From: Felis catus
Lineage: Eukaryota
Direction of reading: 5' to 3'
Assembly (NCBI RefSeq): GCF_018350175.1
Contig: NC_058368.1
Coordinates: 78,990,001-79,054,000, forward strand
DNA: 64,000 nt
Numbering within the stretch: the stretch's first letter is position 1; the number at the start of each line of letters is the position of its first letter. The position numbers and the translations under genes are program-made. Shown here piece after piece: positions 13,361 to 25,624 of this stretch. The notes below the pieces were generated by a model. That model worked only from the letters and a program-made list of their open reading frames with translations. It searched no databases and was not told where the DNA came from.

Positions 13361-14391
13361 CTGGATCGTAGGGTAGTTCTATTTTTAACTTAAAATTTTT
13401 TTTTAATATTTATTTTTGAGAGAGACATAGACAGAGAGACAGAGTGTGAGCGGGGCAGGGGCAGAGAGAGACACAGAATCTGAAGCAGGCTCCAGGCTCT
13501 GAGCTGTCAGCACAGAGCCTGACGTGGGGCTTGAACTCATGAACCATCAGATCATGACCTGAACTTAATCAACTGAGCCACCCAGGCACCCTTATCTTTA
13601 ACTTTTTGAGGAGCTTCCATACTGTTTTCCAGAGTGACTGCATCCGTTTGCATTCCCACCAACGATGCAAAAGAGATCCTCTTTCTCTGTATCCTTGCCA
13701 ACATCTGTTGTTGCCTGAGTTGTTAATTTTAGCCATTCTCACAGGTGTGAGGTGGTATCTTATCATAGTTTTGATTTGTATTTCCCTGATGGTCCGTGAT
13801 GTTGAGCATCTTTTCACATGTCTGTTGGCCATCTGGATGTCTTCTTTGGAAAAATGTCTATTCATGTCTTCTGCCCATTTCTTAACTGGATTGTTTATTA
13901 TTTGGATGTTCAGTTTGAAAAATTATTTATAGATTTTGGATACTAACCCCTTATCAGATATATCATTTGAACATATCTTCTCAAATCTTGCCATTTGCAA
14001 TGACATGGATGGAGCTAGAGCGTATTATGCTAAGTGAAATAGATCAGTCAGAGAAAGACAAATATCCTATGATTTCACTCATATGTGGAACTTAAGAAAC
14101 AAAACAGATGAACGTAGGGGGAGGAAGAGAAAAAAAAGAGAGGGAGGCAAACCATAAGAAACTATTAACTGTAGAGAACAAACCGAAGGTTGCTGGAGGG
14201 AAGGTGGGTGGGGGATGGGCTAGATGGGGGATGGGCACCAAGGAGGGCACCTGTTGGGTGAGCACTGGGTGTCGTATGGAAGTGATGAGTCACTGATGAA
14301 TTGATGAATCACTTCTACTCCGGAAACCGATACTACACTGTATGTTAACTAACGTGAATTTAAATAAAAACTTGAAACAAAAACAAATAAA
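13361..14391. mobile_element. Carnivore L1 3' fragment with 5' inversion (about 13361-13983 antisense, 13984-14391 sense with A tail)
   Basis: Minus-strand ORF2 C-terminal peptide [22 protein letters not shown], then plus-strand ILPFAMTWMELE, 3' UTR and A tail. TSD taaatgtgccc(c/a)atg at 13346-13360 and 14392-14406. Confidence 0.9.
13392..13591 (-). mobile_element. CAN-SINE nested in the inverted L1
   Basis: Reverse-strand SINE ending gagccacccaggcaccc; flanking duplication around tttaactt. Confidence 0.9.
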
Positions 14392-14576
14392 TAAATGTGC
14401 CCAATGGACAGGGCATTTTGCTAAGTATGGGGGGCAGACAGAGCTGAACAGTCTGTAGTAACTACCCTCAAGGTATGGCAGGAATTTTACTGCAGGATGG
14501 AGAAATGGCCATTTCAAAACAAGGCCAGAACAGGAGCAAAAACAGCAAGGAATGTTGTTAGAGAAAATCAGGTAGT

Positions 14577-14579
<3 letters not shown>

Positions 14580-14614
<35 letters not shown>
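14580..14614. repeat. (TG)n microsatellite
   Basis: About 17 uninterrupted TG units. Confidence 0.97.
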
Positions 14615-14616
<2 letters not shown>

Positions 14617-14671
14617 CGGGGGGGAGGGTCTGTGTTTATATGTTTAATTCAGAATCATTACGTTTTCTTCA

Positions 14672-14784
14672 TTTTTTTTAAGAGACTTTTTTTGAATAAT
14701 GTCTACATCCAACATGGGGCTCGAACTCACAATCCAGAGATCTAGAGTCTCGTGCTCTACTGACCTGGCCAGCCAGGTGCCCCA
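14672..14784 (-). mobile_element. Short, older CAN-SINE (tRNA-like head with A tail)
   Basis: ggggctcgaactcac...ccagccaggtgcccc on the reverse strand; degenerate TSD gttttctt(c/g)attt. Confidence 0.8.
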
Positions 14785-15242
14785 TGTTTTCTTGATTTTA
14801 AAGACTTCATATTAAGTGTTTAAATGATCCAAAATGACCTTTTGAATAAAGAGACCATTGAATTTATCAAGCCGAAATCACTCCTCCTTCCCCAGGCATG
14901 GTGGAGTCCTCCTTCCTGGTTTAGTGAGTTTTCTGAGTAGGGTAGGGTCCTCGAGAATAAAGGGGGCCTGCATGAATGGGAGCCACCACCATGTTCTCTT
15001 GAACTCGCAATCAGAAGGGGGAGTTGGAAAATTAGAGCAGGAGGGTTGTCCCTTTTTTCATGTGCAGAAAGACGGCACCTGGATGGGAGCTTTGAACTTG
15101 TGTGTAACGTGAACTTGAAGACCTGACACACCTCTCTAATGAATAATTGAAAACATCCTCTGAGTCAAATTATTCTTTAAAGGAAATTATTTTGGTGGCC
15201 ATGTTTAAACATTAGTAACTATGCCATTTTCTTTTGTTATAG

Positions 15243-15318
15243 GTAACGTATGAAATTGTCGGAGCAATTGAAAAAAATAAAGACTCCCTTTCACAGAATC
15301 TTCTATTTGTAATGAAAA
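15243..15318 (+). CDS. MYO16: MYO16 coding exon (76 nt, phase 0 to 1), motor domain: [25 protein letters not shown]
   Basis: Acceptor ttttcttttgttatAG, donor AAAA|gtaagt. The translation carries the myosin (HYAG)xVxY...KNKD motif and splices in frame to the next exon. Confidence 0.95.
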
Positions 15319-16528
15319 GTAAGTTTTCCCCCTATGGTTAAAATGCCACACATTCTTTATTTCTCCGTGGCTCCGTCTCTGAACATTGTCCTTGGTAATA
15401 TGCCACCAGCTACAGAATAATTGAAATATCTCTTACATCCTAAAGCCCAGAATATTAAAGAATGGATCTTGCCACACTGGACATTGGCTACAATTTAATT
15501 TGGAGTCTAGTAGAAACCATAATTTAACGAAGCTTTTAGCAGATAGAAATATAAAATACCTTTACCACTCTAGCGATATGAATATAAAAAAGCTCTTTTG
15601 TGACGACTAATGAAGACGAATACAGCTTCCAAAATTATTTAGGCCACAGCAGGGTGAATTCCATTACTTAAGATGACTCTGGAGCACACCTAAGGGTGGT
15701 ATTTTATTCTTACGTACTTTCAGTTATAAAGAATTAAAGCCCACGGAGCAGAGGGAGTGTATGAATTTATATACACACACATACGTGCGTGGATGCATGT
15801 ATCAGTGCAAATTTATAGACCCCATCTACTCAGTGAATCTTAGCCCTTTAGGCGCATGTATCTGTTTCTACACAACATGTAAGTTACTATATGGCATTTA
15901 CATGTGGTGCGTTTGTGTGTACCAGTATGTATCTTCTGCCTCCTCTAGCAATTCTTTTCTTATTAGCAGTTCTGCAGGGCTTCTCATTTTCCAAACAACC
16001 TGTTCAGTGGATCAAAATATATCATCTTTTGTGCTGCAAGTTGCTCTAAATGAACGGAGTCCCTGATAGCGATAGACCTTCATGAGATAGTTAAGTGCCT
16101 CCGAGCTGGAAACAAGACATCCGTGTCACCGCTGGTTTGAGGCACATACTTACCTCCAATCAAGCAGAGCAGATGCACAATGTAGTTTTTCACAGGGAAT
16201 TACTCTGCTTGTCTCTCAGACCTTTGCTTACCGAGTTCTCCTGAAACGGAGACTGGTGGGGAAGGCGTGAGATTGGAAGAGTATCATGTAGAAAGACAGA
16301 ATTGAAATAGGTGACCCTACTAATTATCATTGCAAATATATTCCTTCTAGTTTTTAATGACGTCAACTTCCATTTGGAGTCATATAAATAAATGACCTTT
16401 CAAGTCATATATTTTTTGAAGATCTAATCTATAGTGTGTTTTTTGAAGTCGGTGCCGTGCCTTCTTTACTTTTGTATTTCAGGCAATGGAATATATATTT
16501 TGAAAGAGAATGTGGCGGTTAGTGATAT

Positions 16529-16750
16529 CAAATTATTTTTATTTTTTTAACATTTATTTATTATTGAGAGACAGACACTGAGCATGAGCAGGGAAGGGGC
16601 AGAGAGAGGGGGAGACACAAGAATGCGAAGCAGGCTTCAGGCTCTGAGCCATCAGCACAGAGCCCCACGGGGGGCTCAAACTCACAAACTGTGAGATCAT
16701 GACCTGAGCTGAAGTCGGAGGCTCAACTGACTGAGCCACCCAGGCGCCCC
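16529..16750 (-). mobile_element. CAN-SINE (Fc2-like)
   Basis: Reverse-strand SINE; 16-nt TSD tggcgg(t/c)tagtgatat at 16513-16528 and 16751-16766. Confidence 0.93.
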
Positions 16751-16959
16751 TGGCGGCTAGTGATATTGTGATTATCTGCTTATCTTCACACCGTCCCTGT
16801 ATTTTGAAGTCATTCTTTTGTGTACACTTGCTAATAAGCTCCAAGAAAAAGGAAGTGAGTCTTGTTTTATTCCAAATGCCTTCAGCTGAAGAAGATACAT
16901 CTGAACAAGAGGATGAAATTTACAGTGTCTTGTTATAGGCAAATGGGAGATGTTTTCTA

Positions 16960-17150
16960 TAAAGGACAAGAGAATAAACACTTTACGCTTTGCAAGCTGT
17001 AGGTCTCTGTTGCAGCTACTCAAGTCTGCTGTTATAATGAGGGAGCAGGTGTAGACAGCACAATTGGACAGGTCTGCGTTCCAGTAAAACTTTGTTTACA
17101 GAAACAGGCCACGAGCCAGATTTGACCCACAGGCCATGATTGCTCACCTA
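16960..17150. mobile_element. MER58-like hAT-Charlie remnant
   Basis: ctctgttgcagctactcaa...gttccagtaaaactttgtttacagaaacaggc...ccagatttgaccc resembles the recalled MER58A consensus. Confidence 0.65.
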
Positions 17151-17569
17151 TTCTATCATGTAAACAAAAGAGGCATGGTTATGATAGTATTTTATTAATC
17201 TGTAAAATGTTTTGATGTCGTAAGTAATTGTTAAAAGCAAGTGTAATTTATAGATACTGTTTTTTTTTTATTTTCGAGTACCTTGCAAGGTACTTTGTAG
17301 TATCTAATTCAGTCTTCATATTATCAAAAAGCTCACACATTGGGAAGGTGGTAGGGTCTGTTGCGGGATCTGAACAAACATACCTTTGTTTGTGTGATAC
17401 CTGGTCAACAGCTATTGTGTCTTTTACCTCTGAGCGTCTCCACAAACCTGCTCATAAACGGCACACCAAAGTTAGCTTATCCCGATTTGCTAGCAGGAAG
17501 ACACTCGATGTGATAACGTCTGTAGACCCCTGCAGGGGATGCTTCCCAGTCCAATGTAAACTGGTGATG

Positions 17570-18880
17570 TTGAAACGATTTCAAGTTTAAAATTACAAAA
17601 TTAGTACCAAGAACACCCAAATGCCCTTCCCCAGATTTACTTTCCTCTCTTCATTTCTCTTCCTCTATCTTGTCCCATCTTCCCACCCTGTCTTCTACTC
17701 CCCCGTCCCTTCCCTCTGTGTGCCTGTGCACGTGTGTGTGCGTGTGTGTGTGCATGTGCATGTGCATGTATTTTCTGAACCATTTGAGAGTAAGCCACAG
17801 GCATCTTTCTGCCGACACACCTTGGTATGCATCCTGAGATCAAGGACAATATCTTACAAAACATCAGTACTATCAGAGTTCTGAACCTTGACACGATCCT
17901 AATGTCTAACCCCCACTTCCTATCTCTGTGCCGCTTACCCCCGCCATGTCTTTCATAATGATTTCCCCCCAGTTCAAGGCCAGTCACTGCACTGAGTGCC
18001 ATTTCCCTCCTGCCTTCTTTCATCGGGGACATTTTCTCTGCTTTTCTTCTTCTTTCGTGACTAACATTTAAAACCTAAAGGCCAGTTATTTTGAAGGCTG
18101 TCCCTCAATCTGGATTTATTTGCAGCTTCCTCACGTGGGTGTCAGCCCGTCCCTGCTCGGTGGGAACCCCACAGAGGTGCTGGCGGGTCCTCAGCCCCTC
18201 CTGTTTGGAGAACACAGTGACAGTCTGAGACCCTACTGGTGGCACGGCCTTGTTAAGGGGGCATCCTTCCGGCTTCTGTAATTGAAAGCTGCTGTCTCCC
18301 TCTGTAGCTGATAAGTAGCTTGTGAGGGAGGTGAGGCAAGGAAATATTGTCAGACCGTCATCCGCTGGCTGGGGTGCAGGAATGATTCTTGCCTAAATCA
18401 ATGATGCCTCTTATGGTCGCGCTATTGTGATTTTCTGCTCCCCCCACCAATTTTCCCATCAATAGTAACATTCAACTGTACGATCTCCCCTTTGTCATTC
18501 ATTGATGAATTAGACTGCTATCAGTATGGACTCATGGATTCTTTTTCATTCAATGAATCACAGTCTATGACTATCTTTATTTTGATGCTAAAATTGCTCA
18601 AGACATGGCCAGTGAGAATCCCCTCAAGCCAGCCCCTACGTTCTTTTTCAGGTTCTCATGATCTTTATTAGCACTGTCTTATAGTCCTGCCTTCCAAAAT
18701 GTTCTGGGATCATCTTCTACGCCTCAGAATCAGCTGTGTGCCTGACACGCTTACGTTTATCATAGACAAGAATGGTATTAAGGAACACTGAGGGCTGGGG
18801 GCTTGTGAGCTCATTGCTACTGGATTGTCCTTGCTTTTAGGCCCCTTCTGAACTAGACAATTAAAGATATACAGGTAACA
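17570..18880 (-). mobile_element. Old L1 (L1MC/L1ME-type) 3' UTR remnant
   Basis: Recognisable blocks such as ttttctgaaccatttgagagtaag and cagtatggactcatggattcttttt. Confidence 0.55.
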
Positions 18881-18917
18881 GACAGAGATGCAGCCCTGTA
18901 TTAAAAATCATGAATTT

Positions 18918-19135
18918 TGGGGTGCCTGGGTGACTCAGTCGGTTGAGCGTCCGACTTTGGCTCAGGTCATGATCTCACGACTGGTGAGTTCGAGCCCTGC
19001 ATCGGGCCCTGTGCTGACCCCTCAGAGCCTGGAGCCTGCTTCAGATTCTGTGTCTCCCTCTCTCTCTCTCCGCCTAACGCACTCACATTCTGTCTCTGTC
19101 TCTCTCAAAAATAAACATTAAAAAAAATTTTTTTA
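18918..19135 (+). mobile_element. CAN-SINE (Fc2-like)
   Basis: Full SINE body; TSD aatcatgaattt. Confidence 0.92.
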
Positions 19136-20130
19136 ACAATCATGAATTTATCCTGAAAGCTCTAATTTTCATCCAGTACCACAGAGCCCTTTTTTGCTTC
19201 CTGCATTCCATAATTGTTTCTCCCTCCTCTCTGACACTTCTCCCTGGTTCCCTGTTTGTTTATTAATGTAGTGACTTTCCTTTGTACGAATTGCCACTAA
19301 GTATGTTAGCCTGAGCAAGCAGAATAATATGGATGTGGAAAAGTTAGGAACACTGCTTTGCCACTGACCACTGCTCACTAGCTGATAGGTAAGCAGGATC
19401 CCAAATGATATGCACATTATTTCACACTTTAATCCTGTATAATCCTCAAGGTGGGTATGTGATGGTCACTTTGTAGAAAAGGAAACTGAAGCGTAAGGAT
19501 TGTCTACATACAGACATAGGGGACATGAGAAACGTGCCTTCTAGATTTCCAATTGCCGCATACAGTTTTCACTGTGCTATTCCAATTTGTAGCCAAAATG
19601 TATTAGAATTTGTATAACGTAACATCTGAAATATATCAGCGTTTCACATGTATAGCTTAACTGGATCAGAAAAAAGAGGGCATTTCTTTCCCCTGACACC
19701 TGGTACAACCAAATGAGGGGCTCCCACAGGTGTTTAAATACCACCTGGAGACGAGTTACATCCGAGGAAGTGTGTTTCTGGGGATGGGGAGCAGCTGGCC
19801 GAAGCCACAGGTCTTCAGGACTTGGCCAAGGGCACCGAAGGCCTGGAGACCCTAGAAGGTGAGGTGTGGCTCCCACGGCTACGAGAGCAGCGAGTGTCGC
19901 TCAGTTAGAGAACCAAGGGCCAGGTGCTCAAGTACAGGACAGGAGACCCGGGTTCAAGACTCCTGGCCAAGGGCAAGAGGAAGATCAGAATTCATCAAGT
20001 GTTACGATGAACGGTGGGGACAACAAAATAGGGGCAAAGGGGAAGACAGACGCCCTCAGTGACATCTTGCACATGGAAAGTTGTAGTGGCAGCGGCACTG
20101 GGGTGTTTACTGCTCATGTAAATGCTGATT

Positions 20131-20345
20131 TGGGGGCCCCTGGGGGGCTCAGTAGGTTGGGCGTCCGGCTTCGGCTCAGGTCATGATCTCACGGCCTGTG
20201 AGTTCGAGCCCCGCGTGGGGCTATGTGCTGACAGCTCGGAGCCTGGAGCCTGCTTCCGATTCTGTGTCTCCCTCTCTCTCTGCGCCCCCCCCCCCCCACT
20301 CACACTCTGTCTCTGTCTCAAAAACGTTAACAAATTTTTTTAAAA
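20131..20345 (+). mobile_element. CAN-SINE (Fc2-like), ending about 50 nt upstream of a MYO16 acceptor
   Basis: SINE body; TSD aaat(g/a)ctgattt. Confidence 0.92.
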
Positions 20346-20371
20346 AATACTGATTTTAATGCCACTCATGA

Positions 20372-20602
<231 letters not shown>

Positions 20603-21408
20603 TGAAGTTTGCTCAGTACGTTTACTTCTTTTTTTTTTTTTAATGCAGTCTTGAAAACTGATGGAAATAAATCATTTGATTTTTAAAATGAAAGACAGGT
20701 TGCCTGCCTGACATAGAACCAGCAGACAGAGGAAACATGATGGGAGAGTCCAGCAGAGGGAAAGTTCGATAGCAAGTAGAGCGTTAGTAATTTTATTGGT
20801 TGTCTCTGCAACATCCTGTTTATGCCTCGTCTCTGTGACTGTCCCTCTGATGAATGGGGAGTGACTGCAGCAACGTTAGCCTTCCGGGGAAGAAACTTAG
20901 CTACCTTATTCTGTTGACATTAATCACTGCTGAGGCTTCAGGTCTCCAAACAGTACATTGTGGTTTCTCTTATAGACCTTGTGTATTTCTCAGGTGCTGG
21001 AATATTTGTAGACTTTGTAGATTTCAAACGTACTTTCTTATCATCCTCACTTCCAGTGTGGACTTGCCCTCCACACGTGCAGTTACACTCACAACATAAA
21101 GGTTCTGACTGTTTGTACCATGGAAGTAAAAATTCAGCAGGGGTGTTTCAAACGGATAGGAAACAGGTAGGAAATGTGGCAACTTTAAGGACTCCAGTGC
21201 CTGACGGTAGCCTGGTTTGTTTTGCTTGTCTCCATCAAAACTGCAGAGAAGGGAAATCTGTTTGGGAAGCTGTCCAGGACAATCGGTTTTAGAAATTTGG
21301 TTGTTGTAGGTTGTTAGAATGCATTTAACTTACCAATTAAAATGAAAGCATAATTAGAATCAGCTCTATTTTAGAAGATTGGCAAGATGTATATAACATA
21401 TTAGAAAT

Positions 21409-21410
<2 letters not shown>

Positions 21411-21448
<38 letters not shown>
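21411..21448. repeat. (GT)n microsatellite
   Basis: About 19 perfect GT units. Confidence 0.97.
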
Positions 21449-21450
<2 letters not shown>

Positions 21451-23004
21451 AGCCAGTGGACCCTACAATTAGAGATCCTCCGATATAGTCATTTCTGCCC
21501 TGTGTGATCACAGGAATTCAATCTCACTGCATACAAAATGGCATTTTTTACATAAAAAAGACAAAGGGTTACTCTTTGTAAGGAAGATCTCTACTCCTGA
21601 GGGTTTCACTGAACCTTCTGGCCCTTCCTTCCTCAATCATGCTGGAAATCGAGAGCAAGAAATCACCACCCACCTCTACACTGTAATTTTTAACCTTAAT
21701 TATTAAACATTACCAGGCATAGATGCCATTAGTCTTTTCCCTAAAGGACTGCAAAACGAAGATAATTCACAGTGGTTCCTCCACCCAGAAAGGGAAATTG
21801 AGCGTTCAGTTTCAAGGGATGGAGATTTATTTATTACGATTCTTCCTTAAGTGTTCCATTCCTCACTTCCCTTCATACTGGCTGCATCTCTGCACGGCCA
21901 GCCCTGTGACTGGCAGCGTAGGGCTCTACCACTGTTTAACTGAGCATCACACTTGGCTTTGTGTTTGGAGAAAACCGGTTGATTTTGGACCAATTGCTTC
22001 CTTTTACATTCCCTTGTCAGTTACAATGGGTCATTCCAGCCTGACAGGTCATGTCAACGGGAAGAAATCAGCTGCTGTCATGGTAGCAATAGCACCACAT
22101 TGACTAAAGTCTTTTATCAGGCTCTCTTCTCCTACCAAGACCTCTTTATTGTAACATAAATGATTTGGGATCTATAGATACGTTGGTCTGAGTCTGCGTG
22201 ATTTTGTGAAATGCAAATGGTACATTAGTGGCTGCGGTTCCTTTTAACCCCTGGTGGAGTTTAATTAATTACCTTCTGCCCTTTATTTCTTTACCCACTG
22301 GCTCCATTTCCACTGACTTCTTTTATCTCCATTATCATTTAATCTTTGCTACATATGATTTTTTTTCTTTTAAGAGCCGTATATAATTACTCATCCAGGA
22401 AAACACAAATTGTTGCCATTTTTCAGACAGATAATTTACTAACTCCTTTTAGTAGTTAAAAAAAAAAAAAGAGGAGGAATGGGAAGAAATTGATTGTGGT
22501 TAAACTTAAGGGAATAAACCAGCGCTTGTTAGAACATCAAACCTTTATAGCATAACATAGTATCCTTTGGCCTGGTGGTAAGCCTGCTGCTTTGTGATAA
22601 ACACGCATAGTGATGATACACCCAGGGCTCCCAGGTGCTCGGACTGTGCTACCCAGCAAGGCAGGGTCGATGTTTACTCTCAAAATTAAAATAGATACAG
22701 GACGGCAACTTCTGTGTACTTGAAAGGCTGGCAGGAATGGTGTTCTTCTACGGGCAGTTTCAATTTCCCTGATTCATAGTACCGTCGCAGAAAAATCATT
22801 TGGTACTGATTTTTACAGTCTGAGTGAATTTATGTGGATGGGAGGGTAAATTTTTTCTTGTAAATGCAATTTAGTAAAATACTACTAAGATCGCTCCCTA
22901 TGTTGTACACCTGAAACTAATGTCAACTACAATTAAAAATCAGTCGATACATACTTACATAAATAAATCCGCTCACCCTTTCTTTCTTTTTATTTTCATT
23001 ACAG

Positions 23005-23085
23005 TTATTAAAAAAGAAAGGAACTTCTTCGTTTCTTCAAAGACTAGAATGGGGAGGTCCAGTCACGATTGCAACACAACTCAGG
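23005..23085 (+). CDS. MYO16: MYO16 coding exon (81 nt, phase 0 to 0): [27 protein letters not shown]
   Basis: Acceptor tattttcattacAG, donor AGG|gttagt. In frame with both neighbouring exons; TIATQLR corresponds to the myosin TVxxQF(R/K) helix. Confidence 0.93.
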
Positions 23086-23324
23086 GTTAGTGGACTTTTC
23101 GGTTTTCCAAAATTTAGATTTAGATCTTGTCAACTGTAGAGGGTTTCTGCATCATTTTCCCCCCCGTTTTTGACCGCTTGGAAACCAGTAAGCACTCACA
23201 CACGGACACACACAGCACAGAGAATTCAGACTAAATAAAAGAGTTGTGGGTTGAAGATAAACTCTTTACATTTTCAGGCAGTGTCTTCTTTGGAGAATCA
23301 GATGTGTTTTGCTTCTCTCCTTAG

Positions 23325-23530
23325 AAATCTCTAGCAGATATTATCGGAAAACTTCAGAAGCGCACGCCCCACTTTGTTCATTGCATCAAGCCCAATAACT
23401 CAAGGCTGCCAGATACCTTTGATAATTTTTATGTATCTGCTCAACTACAATATATCGGAGTCCTGGACATGGTGAAGATTATCCGATATGGATACCCTGT
23501 TCGCCTTTCCTTCTCGGATTTCCTGTCAAG
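23325..23530 (+). CDS. MYO16: MYO16 coding exon (206 nt, phase 0 to 2): [68 protein letters not shown](R)
   Basis: Acceptor gcttctctccttAG, donor AAG|gtaaat. Contains the hallmark myosin motifs PHF(V)xCIKPN and QL..GVL...R.GYP.R. Confidence 0.97.
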
Positions 23531-23643
23531 GTAAATTCTGCTCTTGAGACATTGTATGTACTGCTTAGCCCTGCATTCTGACCAGACTGTGGCAAGAATC
23601 TTCTGTTTTGTTCTCTTTTTCGGGCATTGATTTTACTGTTTAT

Positions 23644-24228
23644 ACAGTTGACTCTTTTTTTTTTTAATTTTTTTTTTGTTTATTTATTTTTGAGAGACAG
23701 AGAGAGATAGAGTATGAGCAGAGGAGGGGCAGAAGGAGAGGGAGACACAGAATCTGACGCAGGCTCCAGGCTCTGAGCTGTCAGCACAGAGCCCGATGCA
23801 GGGCTCGAACTCACGGACCGTGAGATCATGACCTGAGCCGAAGTCACACGCTTAACTGACTGAGCCACCCAGGCGCCCCGATATAAGTTGACTCTTTGAA
23901 CAGTGGGGTTTGGGTTAGGAACGCCTCTACCCAAGCACTTGGAACCCCGCATGTAACTTTTGATTCCTCCACAACCTATCTACTAACAGCCTACTGTTGA
24001 CCAGAAGCCTTACTGATAACAGAAATAGTGGATTAACACGTATTTTGTTAGTTATATGCATTATATAATATATTCTTACAATAAGGTAAGGTAGCAAAGA
24101 GAAAATGTTATCGAGAAAAACCATAAGGAAGGGAAAACACATTTACATTTCTGTACCGTATTTATCTAAAACAATCTGCATGTAAGTGGACCCACACAGG
24201 TCAAACCTGTCTTGTTCAAGGTTTAAGT
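23644..24228. mobile_element. Tigger1-derived non-autonomous TcMar transposon, interrupted by a SINE
   Basis: TA + cagttgactctttgaaca left TIR and ttgttcaaggtttaagta right TIR; internal sequence shared with the copy at about 49746-50081. Confidence 0.85.
23655..23880 (-). mobile_element. CAN-SINE (Fc2-like) inserted in the Tigger left TIR
   Basis: Reverse-strand SINE; TSD agttgactcttt. Confidence 0.93.
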
Positions 24229-24624
24229 ATATTCTTCCAGCTTGAGTAAACAAAACACTCCGGGGAAACAATGAAATACACTGACCAAGCTTTTGTAAAA
24301 GTTACTAAACTTTGATACCTTGGAAACCATTTTCATGGTTTCCACAAACCACAAACTTTAAATTAGGGGATTTCCTTGCCGTTAAAAATTTCTAAAATTG
24401 TTGTGTATAATGTTTACCTAACAATTTTTACTTAAAAGAACGTATATGTGTGATTATTTTCTCCTCTATGTCTATGAACAAAATAGTTTTTAGATCAGGG
24501 GTTGGCCGACTACACTCATGGCCCAAATCTAGCCCACCACCTATTTTTGTAAATAAAGTTTTATTGGAACACGGCCACTGGTGAAATAAGGACTATGTTT
24601 GTTTTTAGGTAGTTAAAAAACAAT

Positions 24625-24625
<1 letters not shown>

Positions 24626-24694
<69 letters not shown>

Positions 24695-24788
24695 GGAAAG
24701 AAAAGAAAAGAAAGGGAGAGAGAGAGAAATAAAGACAGGGAGGGAGGAAGGAAGGAAGGAAGGAAGGAAGGAAGGAAGGAAGGAAGGG
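24626..24788. repeat. Compound purine STR: (GAAA)n ... (GGAA)n
   Basis: About 16-17 GAAA units, a purine-rich spacer, then about 10 GGAA units. Confidence 0.97.
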
Positions 24789-25290
24789 AAATTGGTAATC
24801 CTGTATAAAAAAGGTGAAATTTTTAAATGACATTGGCATAAACTATTATCAATATTACAAGAATAAAATCTAGCATTTATGTTTTAAACCAACCATGCAA
24901 CTAGTATGGAAAATCTATTTGACAAAACATTCATTTAAGAAAAGCGATGTAACACTTTGTTGTCCAGAATTTCCACTTGAGCCACCAGCGTGAGGAGGCT
25001 GCTGACTAAAATAAGCGGCTATTTGAATTGCCCTACCCCCCAGAGGAGGGTGGTGACTGTGGCTGTGTGTGTGTGTGAATGTGTGTGTGCATGTGTCTGT
25101 GCATGCATGTGCGCGTGAGTGTGTGTGTAGACTATAGCATATAAGAGAATGATTGGAAAATGGTTTTTACCTTTGTTCTTTGTATTCTCCCAAGTCTAGT
25201 TTGACATATAGACTCAACCAGGAGTTGAGTTTATCTCTATGAAAAGAGCATAAAAGAATAGGAGATGAATATCTTTTAAAATTAAGTACA

Positions 25291-25510
25291 AGGCGCCTGG
25301 GTGGCTTAGTTGGTTGGGCGTCTGACTTTGGCTCAGGTCACGATCTCACAGTCTGTGAGTTTGAGCCCTGCGTCAGGCTCTATGCTGACAGTTCACAGCC
25401 TGGAATCTGCCTCAGATTCTGTGTCTCCCTCTCTCTCTGCTCGTCCCCTGCTCATGCTCTGTCTCTCTTTCTCAAAAATAAATAAAAACATTTAAAAAAT
25501 TAAAATAAAA
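25291..25510 (+). mobile_element. CAN-SINE
   Basis: SINE body and A tail; degenerate TSD ending aagtaca. Confidence 0.9.
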
Positions 25511-25624
25511 TAAAGTACAGCATTTCACATGTCCCAGGACTTCTAGGTAGGGACCATCTCATATTCAGTAACAGTTCCTGTGCATTACAAGTATCTAATC
25601 AGTGTTTTCAGAATGAAACTGGCA

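Noticed and set aside
1..15242. Search for the preceding MYO16 exon (ending ...HYAGR)
   Set aside because: Not found by eye; it presumably lies upstream of the window, making this whole stretch intronic.
23440..23510. SH1/SH2 cysteines absent from [19 protein letters not shown]
   Set aside because: Common in unconventional myosins and consistent with MYO16 as I recall it; not a defect of this locus.
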